Source of the DNA: Octopus bimaculoides
Taxonomy: Eukaryota
Assembly: GCF_001194135.2 (NCBI RefSeq)
Contig: NC_068991.1
Location: 51,112,961 to 51,176,960 of the forward strand
DNA: 64,000 nucleotides
Reading direction: 5' to 3'
Of this stretch, positions 27,601 through 40,924 are shown piece after piece. The notes below the pieces were generated by a model. It worked only from the letters and a program-made list of their open reading frames with translations. It was not told where the DNA came from and made no database searches. Each line of letters begins with the position of its first letter. The first letter of the stretch is position 1. The translations under genes were made by a program, and so were the position numbers.

Positions 27601-29209
27601 ATAAACCCACTAGCTATTTGTGACATCAGTGCTGGAATAGATATTTTATCTTTTATCGTTATCTTTTACTTGTTTCAGTCATTAGACTTTTGCCATGCTG
27701 AGGCACCACCTTGGAGAATTTTTAGTTGAATGAATTATTTTTTTTTAAGGCCTGATACTTTTTCTAAGGGTCTCCTTTATTGAATCACTAAGGTATGGGG
27801 ACATAAACTCACTAACACTTGTTGTCAAGTGGTGGTGGTAGTGGGGGACAAACAAACACAAAAACACACACACAGATATATATATATATGAAAAGCTTCT
27901 TTCAGTTTCTCTCTACCAAATCCACTCACATGGCTTTAGTCAGCCTGGGGCTATAGTAGAAGACTGTTGCTCAAGGTTCCATGCAATGATACTGAACCTG
28001 GGATCATGTGGTTGGGAAGCTAGCTTCTTACCACATGGCCACATCTGATATTCTATATATCGTTGATGGGAGGTATGGCTGTTATGAAGCCACTGGATAT
28101 CTGTCAGTGAAGATCAAAAATCAGGGTGAAATCATGTAACTTGGCAGTTGTGGCAGCTGTAGCAGACAATTCTTATCTGTCTACGATATATACACAAGCA
28201 CTTTTATGCACCATGAGTCTATATGAGAGGTCTTCTCAAAGTAAATAATGCAGTATTCTGTGTTCTAACACAACCTCCCTGTTAATTTGGAGATCAAGAT
28301 TACCTGCTGGTATTCATACTACTTCTGTCACTATTAATAATAAATCTATTTCAGAAAGGTGAAAAAAATTTAAACAGTTTGAACATTTATTTCAATTAAG
28401 GCAGACACAAGTTCTAGGGGATTGCAGTTCTTGGAAGGAAGGACTAGGAAGAATGTTCAATGAGTGGTTGGGCAAGACAGAAAATTAGCCTAAACACAAA
28501 GGAGAATTCCCCAGCTCTGATTCAGAGCGATATAATACCACAATAGTTGTGGTAGAAGAGAGAGGATATGTGGGGAAAATACAGCTATAGTTCTCATTAA
28601 ACTGGCACTCTGTTGGATATGATGATATGATGATCCGATCAACAGAACAATCAGCTTGTGAGATTAGCATGCAAGTGGCTGAGCACTTCATAGGCACATG
28701 TACTCTGAATGTAGTTCTGAGGGAGATTCAGTATGACACAAAATGTGACAAGGCTGTCCCTTTGAAATACAGGCACTACTCATTTCTGCCAGCTGCATAG
28801 ACTAGGGCAATGTGAGATAAAGTGTCTTGCTCAAGTACCTGACACACTGCCAGGAATCAAACTGAAGACCTTATGATTGTGAGCCGAATACCCTAACCAC
28901 TAAGCCACATGCCTTCTGGAAATTTATTTATAGTTTACACTCTAACCTCCTGCTCTTTTCAGCTTACTCTTTAAATAGAGGAACTGGTTCATGTGACATC
29001 AAAGTGGGCCTGTGTGACACATACTGTGGTCAGTTCCCTATGATTCAACTCCCACCCTTTGGTTGTGATTCTTGACTAAATAGCTGGGTGCCTTTGTTTT
29101 TGTTTGTGTTCAAAGATATTTGTATGTGTCTGTGAGTAGTGTCAACTGAGATACATGAGTAGTAATACCTTTATGTGATGGACTATATTGTTCTAGAAAA
29201 CTACGTTAA

Positions 29210-29430
29210 CCCTTTAGCATTTAAGCAGGCCATATCTGGCCAAAATATTCCATCCATTTTATATTCAAACTGGTCAGATCTGGCCTCTTATACTAACCCT
29301 ACAATATCATTCTCAAAATTAACATTTACCTCATCAAAAGCTCAAGAGCTACAAGACAGCGCAAGATTAATTCAAAATGATGTGAATAAATAAGCATTAC
29401 TTTTGACAGAATAATATGAATGCTAAAGGA
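29210..29430 (+). mobile_element. piggyBac-type MITE family 1
   Basis: TTAA|ccctttagcat...atgctaaagga|TTAA. Homologous copies at 50175-50391(+), 32060-32273(-) and 40338-40555(+, degenerate). Confidence 0.85.
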
Positions 29431-30385
29431 TTAAATTAAAATTAGCCCATTTTTTGATTACTGTTGCAATAGCTATTTTCTTTTCACTCCACCATATGAA
29501 TTTCCATGAAATGTTCTTGTATTTTTATGATGCACCATAGATCAGGAAGCGTGCTCATGCTTACAGTGCTAGTTGGGTAATTTCCTCTTATACTGCTAAG
29601 GAGAATCACAAAATCCTTTTATCCTCTTCCCATAAAGGAAACAAGGATGTTGTCCTTATCTTTTATTTTTTTACTTCTTTCAGTCATTAAATTGTGGCCA
29701 TACTGGGGTACTGCTTTGAAGAATTCTTAGTTGAATGAATCGATCCCAGTACTTATTTTTGTTTAATGCCCAGTAAATATTCTTTCAGACACTTTTGCCA
29801 AACTGCTAAGTTACAGGCACATAAACACACCAACACTGGTTGCCAAGTGGTGGTGGGGGACAAACACAGCATTCACAAATACAAAGGCAAACACACACAC
29901 ACACACAACAGGCTTTCATTTTGTGTCTATCAAATCTACTCATAAGGCTTTGGTTGGCCAAAGGCTATAGTAGAAGACACTTGCCTGAGGTGTCACACAG
30001 TGGGATGACCCAAAACCATGTGGTTGGGGAGTAAGCTTCTTACCACACAGCCATGCCTGTGCTCAGTCAATAATAAACCTACATTGATACAATTATGTGA
30101 TATGAGGACAAAATTGATATAGTTTCGCATTAAATTCTCCAACCGAGACATTTGGTGTAGGAAAAAAATAACATAAATTTGAAATAATATCTAAAGTGGA
30201 TTTATTGAACAAGATAATCTCTGCATATATAAAATAAAATTTGTAGTTCATTGAGCATCATCTGATAAGATAATGGATTATTTGAGAGGAGATGTGGCTT
30301 GAGTTAGTGTACAAGATAGGGTACAGAATGTTCTCTCAGTGAAGCTTGTGACTTGAGGCTATCATTTACCTTTTACTATCTAAAC

Positions 30386-30823
30386 AAGGTGTTCTCAACC
30401 ATCCTTTGCCTATAGACCCCTTTAATTCATATTTTATTCTTCTGCCCCTCCCCCATGTTAAAAAAAATCCTTTTATATTTTTATAAATAAATATTAGGAA
30501 CTGCATAAAAAAATTGTTAAAATATTTTGTGTATTGTAGAAGTATAAACCAATATATTGGTTTGAAATTATGGCACAAGGCCAGCAATTTTAGGGGAGCG
30601 GGTAAGTCAATTACATCAACCCCAGTGTTCGGCTGGTACCTCAGTGGAATTTGAACTAAGGACGTTAATTTGAAAGAAATGCCGCTTGGCATTTTTTCCA
30701 GCATGGTAACGATACTTTCAGCTCACAGCCTTAGTTGTATAACCAATTTATTGCTAATAAATTTCAACAATAAATCTTATCTGAGTTCGCAAGTATCACA
30801 TGAACCCTGGTTGAGAACCACTG
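30386..30823. mobile_element. hAT (Charlie-like) MITE with a nested SINE B
   Basis: TIRs aaggtgttctcaacc / ggttgagaaccactg. Exact 8-bp TSD atctaaac at 30378-30385 and 30824-30831. Confidence 0.85.
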
Positions 30824-31161
30824 ATCTAAACTATAATTTTCAAAGCTTATTGTTTCAGGTGTGTTTTGCCTTCTTAAGTGTGTGTTAAATGACAGAAGTT
30901 ATAGTATGTAAATAGGATTTCTGGTAACTGCTTATTTCTGTGTTGTGGTGACATGTTCAGTTACTTCAGTGATACAGTTATAATACTGACGTGTGTGTGT
31001 GTGTGTGTGTGTGTACATATGCATGCTTGTACATATCCTTCTTTTATTCTTTTACTAGTTTCAGTCATTTGATAGCTGCCATGCCGGAGCATGCACATTT
31101 ATATATCTATATATACATTTATATGCACGCACACACACAAACACACACATATATGTATGTG

Positions 31162-31210
<49 letters not shown>

Positions 31211-31527
31211 NNNNNNNNNNNNNNNNNNNNNNNNNNNNNNNNNNCTAATATGTTATATTTTCCCTATGTGATCATCAGTACTGAGGTAGTAAACACAGAC
31301 AGCTAACTCAACATCAAAGTTTAAGATGCTTCAAAAGAAAAATTAAATGTAAGATATTTTTCTGGTAAGTCAATTGTCAGTTGTAGACAAAAGAATTTAT
31401 TTCAAAGATTTTGGTAAAGAAAAAGATATTCATACTTACCAGAATTCGTGCCACATTGATTATGCTCTTGCTGTAGTTTTTCTTATATTCCTTCATTGAA
31501 ATTTTTTTTTTTTTCCATAAATTGCAG

Positions 31528-31685
31528 GCTCATGTACGGAAAATTATTGCTCAAAGATTTGCCAATAATTTGCGAGAACAAAAACAACTTGAAGAAGAAC
31601 GAATTAGGCATGAACTGCTTGAACAGGAACGTCTGGAAAGAGAACAAGAAGCTGCTGATGAAGAACTTATTGAAGAATCATTACG
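31528..31685 (+). CDS. Internal coding exon: IQ-motif end plus E/R-rich helix, probable unconventional myosin neck
   Basis: Poly-T tract and ttgcag acceptor, gtgagt donor. 158 nt, open: AHVRKIIAQRFANNLREQKQLEEERIRHELLEQERLEREQEAADEELIEESL+CG. Starts phase 0 and ends phase 2. (Q)AHVRKIIAQR fits IQxxxR/KxxxxR. Confidence 0.85.
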
Positions 31686-32642
31686 GTGAGTTGGCAACTC
31701 AAAACTTTTGGATTTTTCTTCATGATCTAAGATTTCTATAATTTGTCAAGACACGTAACAAAAGAAATGAGTTAAAGTAGTTTAGTTTTTATTTCTTTAA
31801 TTTTGATTTTGATCTCTAATAATGATCAGTTGAATGTATTTATAAGAACAATCTAGTTTGTAATTCATTGAGTATTGTCATATGTTTCACTAAGAAAAAA
31901 GTTATCTTCTAGTTTAGGCAGGCTGATTAGGGAAACACATGTCCTGCATTTATTTACAGTACTTATGTTATGTGAGCCATCAAAGGAGCCTCTCCGCAGT
32001 CACTTGGCCTGCTAGAAATAGCAGCCAGATTCCCTTGAATCACATGCTGTAGGTTTTAACCCTTCAGCATTCAGATTACTTTATAAAATGTAATGCGTAC
32101 ATATTATTTTGAATTACTTGTTCATTGTCTAGTAGATTTGAAATTTCAGTGATGTTACTCTTTACTTTTGGAATGACATTGTAGGGTAAGTGTAAGAGGT
32201 CAGATCTGGCTGGTATGAACATAAAACAGGAACACTATTTGGGTTTGCTATGGCTGGTTTAAATGCTACAGGTTTAAAAAAGAATGTATTGACCAATGCA
32301 ATCTTAGATATACATCTAACAGAATTGTCATAACTGGAATGCCTTTGGAGTAAACTACATGCATGTCCTCTCCTACCTGGTAATAGGATCCATAATAAAT
32401 AGAGTTTCTGGTGGAATCTGGAGAATGAAGTGAGGCTTGTACTAAAACAAAAAACAAAAAGAAAACCCCTTTCAGCTCCCTTGCATATTTGAGAGGCCCT
32501 CCCTGTGCCTGGAAATAGCCTTGTTTTGTCTTGCTAAATTTCTCCTGGAGACTCTGTTCCACAATAATGTGATTCTTCTTGAAAAACCCATTTTATTTTT
32601 CATCCATATCTCTTTAGAAGTAACATTCTCTAAATATATCTG

Positions 32643-32824
32643 CTCTACGTTCCTTAGCAGCATCTCTACATTCCTTTGTAATGCGTCTACATTCCTTAGT
32701 AACATTTCTAGATTCCCTAGCAACATCTCTAGATTCCTTAGCAACGTATGTACATTCCATAGTAGCTTCTCTACATTCCATAGTAGCTTCTCTACATTCC
32801 ATAGTAGCTTCTCTACATTCCATG
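32643..32824. repeat. 21-nt minisatellite, 8 full units plus one partial
   Basis: Unit ctctacattccatagtagctt. The rightmost units are identical and the leftmost are divergent. Confidence 0.9.
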
Positions 32825-32864
32825 CCAATATATGCTCTATTTTTAATCACCTTATAACGGTCAT

Positions 32865-33025
32865 CATCATCATCATCATCTAATGTCCATTTTCCATGCT
32901 GGCATGGATCAAATGGTTTGACAGGATCTGGCAAGACTGGGAGCTATACCAAGCACCATTGTCTGTTTTGGCTCGATACCCTTCCTAATGTCAACCACTT
33001 TCACAGAGTATGCTGAGTGCTCTTT
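32865..33025 (-). mobile_element. RTE-tail copy
   Basis: (cat)n ctaatgtccattttccatgctggcatggat...cccttcctaatgtcaaccact. Confidence 0.75.
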
Positions 33026-33838
33026 ATATGGTGCCAAATATTGTAATAGATAAGATCATCTATGCCACCTATAAGCTCGTGTAGGTAATGGCTATTTGGG
33101 TTGGTACATCATTTTTCATTGAAAGCTTCCTGGAAGCTTTATATTTTGGCAACCTATTCTTTAACTGGCACTCCATTGGTTATACCAATGAGGGTTCCAG
33201 TTGATACAGTCAGCAGAACAGTCTGCTCATGAAATTAATGTGCAAGTGACTGACTACTCCACAAATATATATACCCTTAACATAGTTTTCAGGGAGATTC
33301 AGAGTGACAGGAAGTGTAACAAGGTTGGCTCTTAGAAATAAAAGTACTGCTCATTTTTGCCAGATGAATGAACTGGAGCAACATAAAATAAAGTGTCTTG
33401 CTCAAGTACACAGAGCATTGCCAGGAATTGAACTCATGACCTTATGATTGTAAGCTGTATACCCTAACTACTAAGCCATGCACCTTCATCAACCTATTCT
33501 TTATTTTAAGGATTAATACCTGAAGAATTTACTGTTGCTTTCTGTGATGATGGCTAACTTCAGTGAGTTAGAATTATGCTGGAGTCTATTTAATTTTATC
33601 TTTTACTTGTTTCAGTCATTAGACTTTGGCCATGCTGGGGCACCACCTTAAAGAATTTTTAGTTGAATGAATTGGCCCTGGCACTTACAGTTTAAGCCTA
33701 GTAAATAGAATAAATATTCTATTGACCTCTTTTGCCAAACTGCTTAGTTACGGATGTAAACACACTGACATCAGTTATCAAGTGGTACTGGGGGACAAGC
33801 ACACATGCATACACACACTCGCATGCACACACATGCAT

Positions 33839-33870
<32 letters not shown>

Positions 33871-35056
33871 GTATACAATGGGCTTCTTTCCGTTCTGTTT
33901 ACCAAGTCCATGCACTATGCTTTGGTTAGCTCAAAGCTATAATAGAAGATACTTGCTCAAGGTGCCATGCAGTGGGACCGAACTTGGAACCATATGGTTG
34001 GGAAGCAAGCTTCTTATCACACAGCTATGCCTGTGCCTATTCTTATTCTTTCAGTAGACCTACTTTATTTTTTTCTATCACCCTCATCAAATATCATCCT
34101 CATAAAATCTGAGATAAGAATTATGGTGTTGCTATTATCGAAGTTTGATCTTCTCTATCATTCACATATTGCACTACACAAACCTGGGAAAACATTAAAG
34201 CCACAATTTCTCACTTGCTTTGCATATAATATATTCCCCCATCTCTTTTTTTTTTCTGCAGCCTCCCTCTATCTTCTCTGTTTTCCTTTGTTATGGTCTT
34301 TGTCACTTCTGCTCTGCTCCTATGAATGCATCATAAATTGCCCTGATAATCAATGTGTAATGTTTGAACTGCCATAACAATCAATATCTAAAAGACACTC
34401 ATCTCTACCCGTTTTGCTCTGCCTATTACAAACGAGAATGACTTGACTGGATTTATCTGATCCGAATGAATCATTTGATAAATGGTTGACAAAATACATC
34501 ATTGTCCTCATGTTTTATACTTCTTTGCCCCAACTTGTAAACCATGAATCCTACTCCTCATCATCATTCAACACCCATGTTCCATACTGGTGTCAATTAG
34601 ATCCATGAATACACAATATGTTGCTTTCAAATTTTAGCACTAGGCCAGCAATTTTGTGGGGTGGAGTTAAGTTGATTACATCAACTCCAGTGCTCAGCTG
34701 TTACTTATTTTATCAGCCCTGAAAGTATGTAAAGCAAGTTGACCTCAACAGAATTTGAACTCTGAACATAATGTCCACACACATACGTATGTGTGTTTGC
34801 ATGTGTATTCCTCCCTTGATAGAATGTAATGGTTGTACACAAGCATCACTATTGTACACACAATGTTGTTTGTTTCTAGTCTTGCATGGAAAACAAGTCA
34901 GGTCACTGGGAACTATTTCCTAGCTTGGAAACATGTGAAGATTGGAAAGGCATCCAGCCATAGAAAATAAATTCCATCCAACCCATGCAAACACGGAAAG
35001 GTAGATGTTAAATGATGAAAATAATGACACACGCTTACTCTACATATACTCTTACC

Positions 35057-35251
35057 CTTTTACTCTTTTACTTGTTTCAGTCATTTGACTGTGGCCATGC
35101 TGAAGCAGCGCCTTTAGTCGAGCAAATCGACCCCAGGACTTATTCTTTGTAAGCCTAGTACTTATTCTATCGGTCTCTTTTGCCGAACCACTAAGTTACG
35201 GGGATGTAAACACACCACCATCAGTTGTCAAGCGATGTTGGGGAGACAAAC

Positions 35252-35314
<63 letters not shown>

Positions 35315-35492
35315 TATACATATATACGACGGGCTTCTTTCAGTTTCCGTCTACCAAATCCACTCACAAGGCTTTGGTCAGCCCGAGGCTATAGTAGAAG
35401 ACACTTGCCCAAGATGCCACACAGTGGGACTGAACCTGGAACCATGTGGTTCGTAAGCAAGCTACTTACCACACAGCCACTCCTATGCCTAT
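35057..35492 (-). mobile_element. SINE family A (tRNA-like head, internal TA/TG microsatellite, aaagagt tail), best copy
   Basis: Near-identical to copies at about 1935-2285(-), 21974-22389(-), 27645-28045(-), 29660-30060(-) and 33595-34035(-). Partial copies at 1441-1730(+), 3168-3290(+), 11400-11545(-), 14165-14300(+), 24090-24280(+), 45035-45165(+), 48441-48545(+), 49245-49465(+), 52195-52385(-) and 57446-57600(+). Confidence 0.9.
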
Positions 35493-35835
35493 GTATATAC
35501 ACATACTATATACATACACACACTGTCCACATATGACTCCATTCTCTCAGTCATAGCCCCAGAGCCCTTCAGTGTGTATATTGGAGTTCTGTGTTTACTC
35601 TTATGAAGTACCCCAGTGTGATGGTGTTTCTGTCCCACTGTTAGGGATCAATAATTTACAATCAAGGAATTGCAAGCCTTGATTACTTTAAGCTACTTAA
35701 TGAACTTATTGCAATGAGCCACCAGTAAAATCTCATTATATCTCATTATCAGCTTAGTGAGCAGTGAATTAACCTGGGTACATTTGTTGCCATAGTCACC
35801 AATATAGAGTAATAACACATGTGTGTGTGTATGTA

Positions 35836-35887
<52 letters not shown>

Positions 35888-36417
35888 CATGGTGGGAAGT
35901 GTTTTCAGTGACAGTAATAGAAATACAGAAATTCAATTATAAATTTATAGATTTATTATTGACCAAAACAAATTGGATATTATTGTTTTTGTTCTTTTTT
36001 TCTTGTTTTTGTTTGGTGGCAGTGGTTGTAAATGTTGGTGGGGGTGGTCATAAAAGCTGTTAGATTTATGAATTGAGACATAGTAGCAACAGCAGCAGTA
36101 TTAACAATATTAGAAATAATATTATTAATAGTATTTTCAAACTTTGGCACAAGGCCTGCAATTTCGAGGGAAGGGGCAAGTCAAATGCACCAATCCCAGT
36201 CCTCAGTTGGTACTTATTTTACTGGCCCTGAATGGAGGAATGTCAAAGTTGACCCTGGTGGAATTTGAGCACAACACATAAAGACAGATGAAATGTTGTT
36301 AAGCATTTTGCCTGACATGCTAATGATTCTACTACCTTGCCACCTTAATAATGATGATGATGATAATGATAATAATAATAATAATAATGATAATAATGAT
36401 AATAATAATACCGCTTG

Positions 36418-36612
36418 ACTGGCCTTCGTGCCAGTGGCACGTAAAAGCACCCACTACACTCTCGGAGTGGTTGGCGTTAGGAAGGGCATCCAGCTGTAGA
36501 AACTCTGCCAAATCAGATTGGAGCCTGGTGTAGCCATCTGGTTCACCAGTCCTCAGTCAAATTGTCCAACCCATGCTAGCATGGAAATTGGATGTTAAAC
36601 GATGATGATGAT
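36418..36612 (+). mobile_element. RTE-tail copy (young)
   Basis: gccagtggcacgtaaaagcacccactacactctcggagtggttggcgttaggaagggcatccagctgtagaaac...gttaaacgatgatgatga. Confidence 0.9.
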
Positions 36613-37811
36613 GAATAATATTGGTTTCTAATTTTGGCACAAGGCCAGAAATTTTAAGGGAGCTGGTAAGTTAATGCATCAACTCTAGGGACATGATGCT
36701 ACTTATTTTATCAACCCTGAAACGATGAAAGGCAAAGTCGACCTCAGTGGAATTTGAACACAGAATGTAAGGAGTAATAATAACAATATTGTAGTCATGA
36801 TAGAAAGATATCCCCTGACTTAAGAAAAAAAAAATGAAGCAGTGTGTCCTCTTCTCAACAACAAACATTCAAGTGCCACCAACGTTTGTTGTGTGAAACC
36901 ACTTTTAAAATTTCAGAATGACAGAAACTATTATTGACAACTCCCTCCTCTTTACAGTGTTACTAAGCACCAGAATAGTTCATATAGAACCAAGTCTAAG
37001 AGGCATTTAGATTTTCTACATTACTACATAATGGTGATCTTTCATCCCAGTGAATTTCAGAAAGATAAAAGTTGTTGTCATTAATGATGTTTTGTATGAA
37101 AAACACTGAGTTGTCTGCCTATTGGCTACACTTAGCTGAGTTGCCTAACCATTGACTCCATCAGGCTATCAGCTATTCAATAAGAATTCATCTGTCAAAT
37201 TATTTTAGCCCAGCATGTACAGTTATGGCCCACTCTCCCCAATCCCTATTCTATTACCAACATGACTGAGAGGAAGGAATGTCTGTCTCCCATGCCAGTC
37301 ACAAATACCACCTATATAATATAATGAGATGTGAGATGTCAAACTTTGATCAACTGAAATTATCCAGACAATTAGTAAAGAAGAACTCCCTTTCGAGATG
37401 TTTACAAACATTCAAGGGAGATAACTCTATAACATCATTTGATCAAAGATTTTTGGACAATGTCGATAGTGGAGGTTAGAGAAGATCTGATTTTTTAAAA
37501 CTAGCGCGACCACCACAACATATATGTTTGAGCCTTATTAGATGTCAGTGAAACATATTTTAACAATTGCAGTGTGGAAAGTGTTTATAAGCCATTTAAG
37601 AAACACACAAAAACCTGATTACATGAACCCCAGTGTTCAACTGGTACTTTCGTCCTTTCATCAACTCTGAAAGGATGAAAGGCAGTCAACCTTGGCGGAA
37701 TTTAAACTCAGAAATGTAAAGACGGACGAAATGGCGCTAACCATTTTACCTGGTGTGCTAATAATTCTGCCAGCTTGCCACCCTAAGCGTGATCAATATA
37801 TTAATTTAAAT

Positions 37812-38030
37812 AAGGTAGCAAGCTGGCAGAATCGTTAGCAAGGCGGGTGAAATGCTTAGCGGTATTTCATCTGTCTTTATGTTATGAGTTCAAATTCCAC
37901 CGAGGTTGACTTTGCCTTTCATCCTTTCAGGATTGATAAATTAAGTACCAGTTGCATACTGGGGTCGGTCTAATCAACTGACCCTCCCTCTCCCAAAATT
38001 CCGGGCCTTGTGCTTTGAGTAGAAAAAATA
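37812..38030 (+). mobile_element. SINE family B (aaggtagcaagctggcagaatcgttagca head), best copy
   Basis: Shared core gagttcaaattccaccgaggttgactttgcctttcatcctttc...taagtaccag. Other copies at about 3290-3530(+), 12060-12200(-), 12215-12395(+), 12510-12715(-), 12815-13035(-), 30570-30730(-), 34632-34770(-), 36140-36345(-), 36630-36775(-), 37618-37785(-), 38045-38235(-) and 49925-50130(-). Confidence 0.9.
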
Positions 38031-38487
38031 TATTAATTTAAAATTTTGGCACAAGACCAGCAAGTTTTGTGGGAGGGAATAAGTTGATTACATTAATTCC
38101 AGTGGTCAACTGGTAATCATTTTATCGACCATGAAAGGATGAAAGCCCAAGGTGACCTCAGCAAAAGTCAGAATGTAAAGGTGGATGAACTATTTTGTCC
38201 GGTGTGCTAACGTTTTTGCCAACTTGCCACCTTACGAGTGACCAATATATCTTATTGAAGAAATAGAAGGAATGTATTGAGATGGATTATGAATATCAAT
38301 AATGTGGCTTAAGGGAAATACATCAGAGGAGGTTCCTGTTTGTTAAATACCCAAATGGCAGCGTAGCACACTATCAAGCACTGCTTAGCCGTTTGTGCTG
38401 TGTGGGTTGCACTTAGAGAGTGCTTTCACCATAACCTAATTATATCTCACACCACAAGTGACTGGGGTTACTTAATGGCTGTAACAG

Positions 38488-39049
38488 TGGTGGTGGTGGT
38501 GGTGGTGGCAGTGATGGTGGTGGTGGTGGTGGTGATGGTGGTGATATGATGGTGGTGGTGATGTGGTGGTGGTGGTGGTGATGGTAGTGTCAGTGGTCAC
38601 GGTGGTCATGATTGTGGTGGCATTGATGGAGATGATGGTTGTGGTGGTGGTAGTGGTATGGTGTCAGTGGTTACATTGGTCATGGTTATGGTGGCATTGA
38701 TGGTAGTGGTGATAGTGGTGGTGGTGGTGGCAGTAGTGGTGGTAATTGTATTTGGTGTAAGTTGTGCTAAACCTTGTATTAGTGTATGGTTGATTGAGCT
38801 GTGAATGATGTAGTGCTTTTGGTGGTAGTGGTGGTGGTTTTATTTTTATAGTGGTTATTGTGGTAGCAATAACTGTAGTGTTGGTAGTTGTAGTGGTGTA
38901 GTTTCAGTGTTAACTGTAATTGTTGGTAGTAGTAGTGGTAGTAGTATTTGTCGGTATGTTAATGTGGTTTGTACAGATGCTGATATAGAAGTAAGCATTA
39001 TTATCATTATTATCATTATTATTATTATTAGTAGTAGTAGTAGTAGTAA

Positions 39050-39088
<39 letters not shown>

Positions 39089-39122
39089 CAGCAGCAGTGG
39101 CAACGGCGGCGGCTGCAGCAGC

Positions 39123-39165
<43 letters not shown>

Positions 39166-39175
39166 ACAGCAATAA
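38488..39175. repeat. About 700-bp (GGT)n/(AGT)n/(ATT)n low-complexity tract
   Basis: Direct reading of the sequence. Confidence 0.95.
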
Positions 39176-39724
39176 TGGTTGGGTGGAATTGGGGAGGTAG
39201 TTAGCGATTTATTGAATTAAGGAAATTCACTTTTCGCTAACCACTGTTTTATCTCTGTTTCAATGCCTGACCCCTACAGTTCCAGCTATCTTAGAGTTCC
39301 TGATATTTTTAGCTAATGTCTTAGAAGACACATTCCTGCCGTCAATAATCTCCATGCCATTCTATAAGAAAAACCGTTTCTTTTCCTTTCAATTCTTATT
39401 TGTTTTTCAGTTTTTGTTTTGATAATTGAGTTTGGGATTTGTATTTGGATAAACATGTTTGTACTTAGTTCTTCTTCTTTTGAAGCCAACATAAAAATGA
39501 TTCCAAATTAGATGGCGTTTCTTTTTTTTGACTTCTTCAACAAATCCACAACTAAAAATTGCCTTTAAAAATATTCCAACATTGTTGGTTTAAAAGGAAA
39601 ATAAAAAGCAGTTATTTTTTAGTATACAAATATATTTCTAGAATTTGAATTTTAAAGAATAACGAGATAAAAATGAAATACCTCTGTGTTATTTGTTGAT
39701 GATTGTAGGTAGTTTTGGTTTTAA

Positions 39725-39944
39725 CCCTTTCGTTACCAATCTGGCTGAAACCGGCTCTGGCTCTGAGTACAAATGTCTTGTTTTTATAAGTTTTGAAGGA
39801 AAATCTTCTACCAAACCTTAGTCACAATTTATGTTCCTAACACTAGCTGATTGATAACTAAGTTATTTTACTAAATTCTTTGTTATATTTAAAGTAATTC
39901 AAAGAAACACAGAGCGTTTCAAAATAAATACAGTAACGAAAGGG
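39725..39944. mobile_element. piggyBac-type MITE family 2
   Basis: Perfect TTAA|CCCTTTCGTTAC ... GTAACGAAAGGG|TTAA, 220 bp. Confidence 0.9.
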
Positions 39945-40924
39945 TTAAAGTTGAAATAGTTTCTTAAAAGAATTCACGGCAATGTTTCTTGTAATGGGGA
40001 GAGATAGTCATGAGTTCTTAGTAAATGTCGGCATATGGAAAGTTTATTGAGGAAGAACAATGGTACTCTAACTGTCAGACCATATGCAGGCTAAATCTTA
40101 TGGCAAGGCTAGCCAAAGAAAACTGTAGACATTATTTAAGGAGTAAAACTAACCCTCTCTATCTTTCAGAGGACTAAGTATTTCATTTATTGATTCCTTA
40201 CATAACTGGTGATAAGTAAGGCTTATGAAGATGTCTCATAGCAAAGACTTATTTAGTTGATATGCTCGAAAAGACACCAGTTATGTCTTTAGGACCTCAA
40301 TACAGTATCATCTGTGATCTGTAAAATTTAAATTGAACACTTTAGCATTTATCTGGCCACATCCAGCCTAAATATTCTACCTCTTTTAATTAAAACTGAC
40401 CAGATCCAACATCTCGCATCTATCCAACGATGTCATTGTAAAAATATACAAACACACCATTGAAATCTCAAAGCTATGAGATAATGCATAATTAATTCAA
40501 AACAATATGAATAAATAAGCAATTCCTTTGATAAACAAATCTTAATCCTCAAGGCTTACACCTGTCATCCAAAGCATTCAAATTTGGTAATATCTGTTGA
40601 TTCTAGATTAAATGTTTTTCATTGGTTCATTCTAAAGGAAGCAAAACGATGTTTTTATGGCCTTTGCAGCTCTTGCACACCATTAGATTAATGTAGTTGA
40701 TGCTCTTCCTGAACAAATTAATAGCTGCATTAAAGACAGAGTGAGAGGAACTTTCAAAGGGCTGAGGTTTGAGTGAAAAGCAGTGGTCATAGGGATTGGC
40801 ATGTGGTTGGAGTGGTGGTGATGGTGGTAGACACAATATAGGGGATAAGAATTAATAAAGATTCTAGTGCTTTTCATAGCCTCATCCCTTTTCCTTCAGC
40901 TGTTGACATTTGATGGGGAACCTC

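Noticed and set aside
28963-29029. Strong-looking acceptor with an open frame AYSLNRGTGSCDIKVGLCDTYC
   Set aside because: Phase incompatible with the supported exons and no homology recognised.
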